Positions 14,147 to 16,318 of a stretch of DNA of 16,318 nucleotides are shown here, one piece after another; the first letter of the stretch is position 1, and the number at the start of each line of letters is the position of its first letter. This stretch comes from Okeania sp. (lineage in GTDB: Bacteria; Cyanobacteriota; Cyanobacteriia; Cyanobacteriales; Microcoleaceae): NCBI RefSeq assembly GCF_035285525.1, contig NZ_JAYKGW010000145.1:1-16318 (forward strand), in the 5' to 3' direction. The position numbers and the translations under genes are program-made. The notes beneath the pieces are model-generated. The model searched no databases. It worked only from the letters and a program-made list of their open reading frames with translations, and was not told the DNA's origin.

Positions 14147-14948
14147 TTAACTTTTGTCTTCTGACTCCTGCTTCAAATCTGAAAGATGTCCACGTTCTTC
14201 TAAAACGTTCGTAATGTATTCAGCACCAGTAATATGTTGACCACCAGTAATGTTGAGAATTTCTCCATTAATATAACCATTACTCATTAGCATAACTACT
14301 GCTTCTGCCACATCTTCAGGCTTTCCAATCCGCTTAACCGGAATTTTTTCTGAAATAGAAGGAATAATAGTATCGTATTTATCTTTTAACAACTCACGAA
14401 CAGCAGGGGTATCTACCCAGCCTAAAGAAACTGCATTTACTCGAATAGGAAGCTAATTCCAATGCTAAACAATGAGTAAGTTTTTGGACTGCTGCTGCAG
14501 CCACAGCCACCATAGTTCTGCCTGGCAAAAGACGATTTACATTAATAGATGATACTAATGTAATCGAACCACTCTTCGGCATTTTTGGCACTGCGGCACG
14601 CACTACATATAAAGGACCAAAAATTCGCTCTTCTAAAGATTGGCGAAACTTATCAGGGTGAGTATCAAGAATTTTGCCTAGAGTCCTTGTACTTCCAGGA
14701 AGGAAGACATGATCGACACGATTATGTTTCTCAAAAATATTTTGTATTGAAACTTCATCACTTACATCAGCCACAGCGATTTTTACATTACCCATTAGAT
14801 TAGATTTCGCTCTTTCTAATCTTTCTGAAGAGCGACTTGCAATCGTTACGTTAGCTCCTTGTTCAAGTGCTAATCGTGCTGTTTCAAAGCCGACACCACT
14901 ACTCCCACCAATAATTACAATATTTTTTCCCTGAAGTTTCATCGTCAT
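14147..14948 (-). pseudogene. Short-chain dehydrogenase/reductase (SDR) split by a 1-nt insertion at 14450-14451
   Basis: The N-terminal ORF has the Rossmann motif IIGGSSGVGFETA. It ends ...LALELASYSS, while the other frame reads PIRVNAVSLGWVDTPAVRELLKDK and continues into the 14147-14392 ORF. Removing one A from GGAAGC (14448-14453) gives LALELAPIRVNAVSLGWVDTP, the usual SDR junction. Confidence 0.8.
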
Positions 14949-15006
14949 ATAGTTTTAGTTTGTTGTTTCAAAATTTTACCTGGACGCTTGACTTTACATT
15001 TTATGG

Positions 15007-16318
15007 TTATTCTTCTTCATAAGAACTAAAAGCAAAATCCAAAACTTGAATAATAAAATCTACATCTGCTTTTGTAATACAAAGTGGTGGTTTAATCCGT
15101 AAAATATTACGATATAAACCACCTTTACCAATAATTAATCCTAAATCTTTTGATAATTCGTGAATTTGAGATGTAAGTTCAGAATTTGGTTCTTTTGTTT
15201 CCCGATTTTTAACTAAGTCAAGACCAACCATTAATCCACAACCACGAACATCCCCAATACATTCATATTTTTCTTGTAAATCATTAAGATTTTTGAGTAA
15301 ATAATCTCCAACTAGAGAACAATTTTGTTGTAATTTTTCCCTTTCAATTATTTCTAAAACTGCTTTACCTGCAGCACAAGAAACAGGATTTCCAGCAAAT
15401 GTATTAAAGTGCATTTTTTGAGTAAATGCTTGAGAAATTTCAGGTGTTGTAACAACGGCAGCAAGAGGTAATCCATTTCCAATACCTTTAGCTAAAGTGA
15501 CAATATCAGGTTTAATATTCTGAAGTTCAAAACCCCAAAAACCTTTACCAGTTCGACAAAAACCAGTTTGTACTTCGTCAATAATTAATAATCCTTTTGC
15601 TTGATGAACATAATCAGATACTTTCCTTAAATATCCATCTGGATAAACTATTACTCCTCCCATTCCTTGAATAGACTCAGCAAAAAAAGCAGCAATTTTT
15701 CCACAGGTTGCATATTGAATAATATTCTTAATTTCATCAGCATATTTATCAGCAACATTACTATCATTATTATTCCAAATACCCCTATAAACATCAGCAT
15801 TTAAAGCATGATGAATCCCAAAATTATGAGGTGGAGAATATTTCCAACTACTTTGAGATGTTAATCCCATCGTATTACCACTCATACCATGATACCCATT
15901 GCGGAGAGTAATTATCTCAAAATTTTCAGTATAAACCCTCGCCATTAACATTGCTAAATCATTAGCTTCTGAACCAGAATTAACAAAGTAAACCATTGAT
16001 AAATCATCTGGCATTTTATCTACTAACATTTGGCTATATTCAGCAATTGTTGGATGTAGATAAAGTGTGGTTAAATGTTGCAATTTTGCTGATTGTTCTT
16101 GTACAGCTTTAACAACATGAGGATGACAATGACCAACATTAATTGTTGCTATTCCTGCAAAAGCATCTAAATAACGTTTCCCTGTTTCATCAAAAACATA
16201 TTGCATCGAACCTTCTACAATCATAATTGGTTGTTGATAGTAGGTAGAAACAACTGGATTTATATGTTGTTTTCTTAATTCAATTACTTGTTGTTTTGAA
16301 ATACCAATATATGGAGTA
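15007..16318 (-). CDS. Class-III PLP-dependent aminotransferase, alanine-glyoxylate aminotransferase 2 (AGXT2)-like; the 5' end lies outside the window
   Basis: Motifs: VGHCHPHVV, VNSGSEANDLAMLMAR, IIDEVQTGFCRTGKGFWGFE, TLAKGIGNGLPLAAV (PLP lysine). The frame stays open upstream of ATG 16224 to the window edge and reads TPYIGISKQQVIELRKQHINPVVSTYYQQPIMIVEG, which matches the family N-terminus. The true start is therefore beyond 16318. Confidence 0.85.
   Translation of the reverse strand, partial: TPYIGISKQQVIELRKQHINPVVSTYYQQPIMIVEGSMQYVFDETGKRYLDAFAGIATINVGHCHPHVVKAVQEQSAKLQHLTTLYLHPTIAEYSQMLVDKMPDDLSMVYFVNSGSEANDLAMLMARVYTENFEIITLRNGYHGMSGNTMGLTSQSSWKYSPPHNFGIHHALNADVYRGIWNNNDSNVADKYADEIKNIIQYATCGKIAAFFAESIQGMGGVIVYPDGYLRKVSDYVHQAKGLLIIDEVQTGFCRTGKGFWGFELQNIKPDIVTLAKGIGNGLPLAAVVTTPEISQAFTQKMHFNTFAGNPVSCAAGKAVLEIIEREKLQQNCSLVGDYLLKNLNDLQEKYECIGDVRGCGLMVGLDLVKNRETKEPNSELTSQIHELSKDLGLIIGKGGLYRNILRIKPPLCITKADVDFIIQVLDFAFSSYEEE

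Noticed and set aside
1-16318. tRNA, rRNA, tmRNA, RNase P, riboswitch, transposase or IS elements
   Set aside because: Scanning the spacers by eye revealed no T-loop/acceptor patterns, no known riboswitch cores and no transposase-like ORFs. A covariance-model scan (tRNAscan-SE, Infernal/Rfam) would be needed for certainty.

Overview
This is a chromosomal segment from a visibly AT-rich cyanobacterium (roughly one third G+C by eye, not computed). The assignment rests on seven perfect HIP1 octamers (GCGATCGC at 821, 974, 5771, 8358, 11047, 11278, 11722), many heptamer tandem repeats of the STRR type, two Uma2/DUF820 nuclease genes and a cytochrome c6-like gene. Coding density is low, with spacers of 0.4-1 kb. 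Housekeeping or ordinary genes: IMPase (partial), a J-domain/TPR protein, hisS, cytochrome c6-like, a GT4 glycosyltransferase, a class-A beta-lactamase-like serine hydrolase, and an AGXT2-like class-III aminotransferase (partial). Between about 3.97 and 7.85 kb lies an accessory, decaying segment. It holds an intact vapBC-type PIN toxin-antitoxin pair and two further degenerate copies of the antitoxin 5' module. These copies partition an orphan 130-aa gene and a SET-domain/GNAT gene pair; a broken Uma2 gene follows. A second decay locus at 13.9-15.0 kb has a frameshifted SDR gene flanked by a duplicated aminotransferase 3' end. I see no rRNA, tRNA, CRISPR array, transposase or recognisable complete defence system. 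The best candidate for something undescribed is the cassette-like array bounded by repeated vapB promoter modules with covarying inverted repeats (4372-7040), including its orphan gene. Next are a perfect 66-bp tandem duplication (9102-9239) and two orphan terminators that may mark sRNAs. All calls come from reading the sequence and ORF translations by eye; no searches or folding computations were run.
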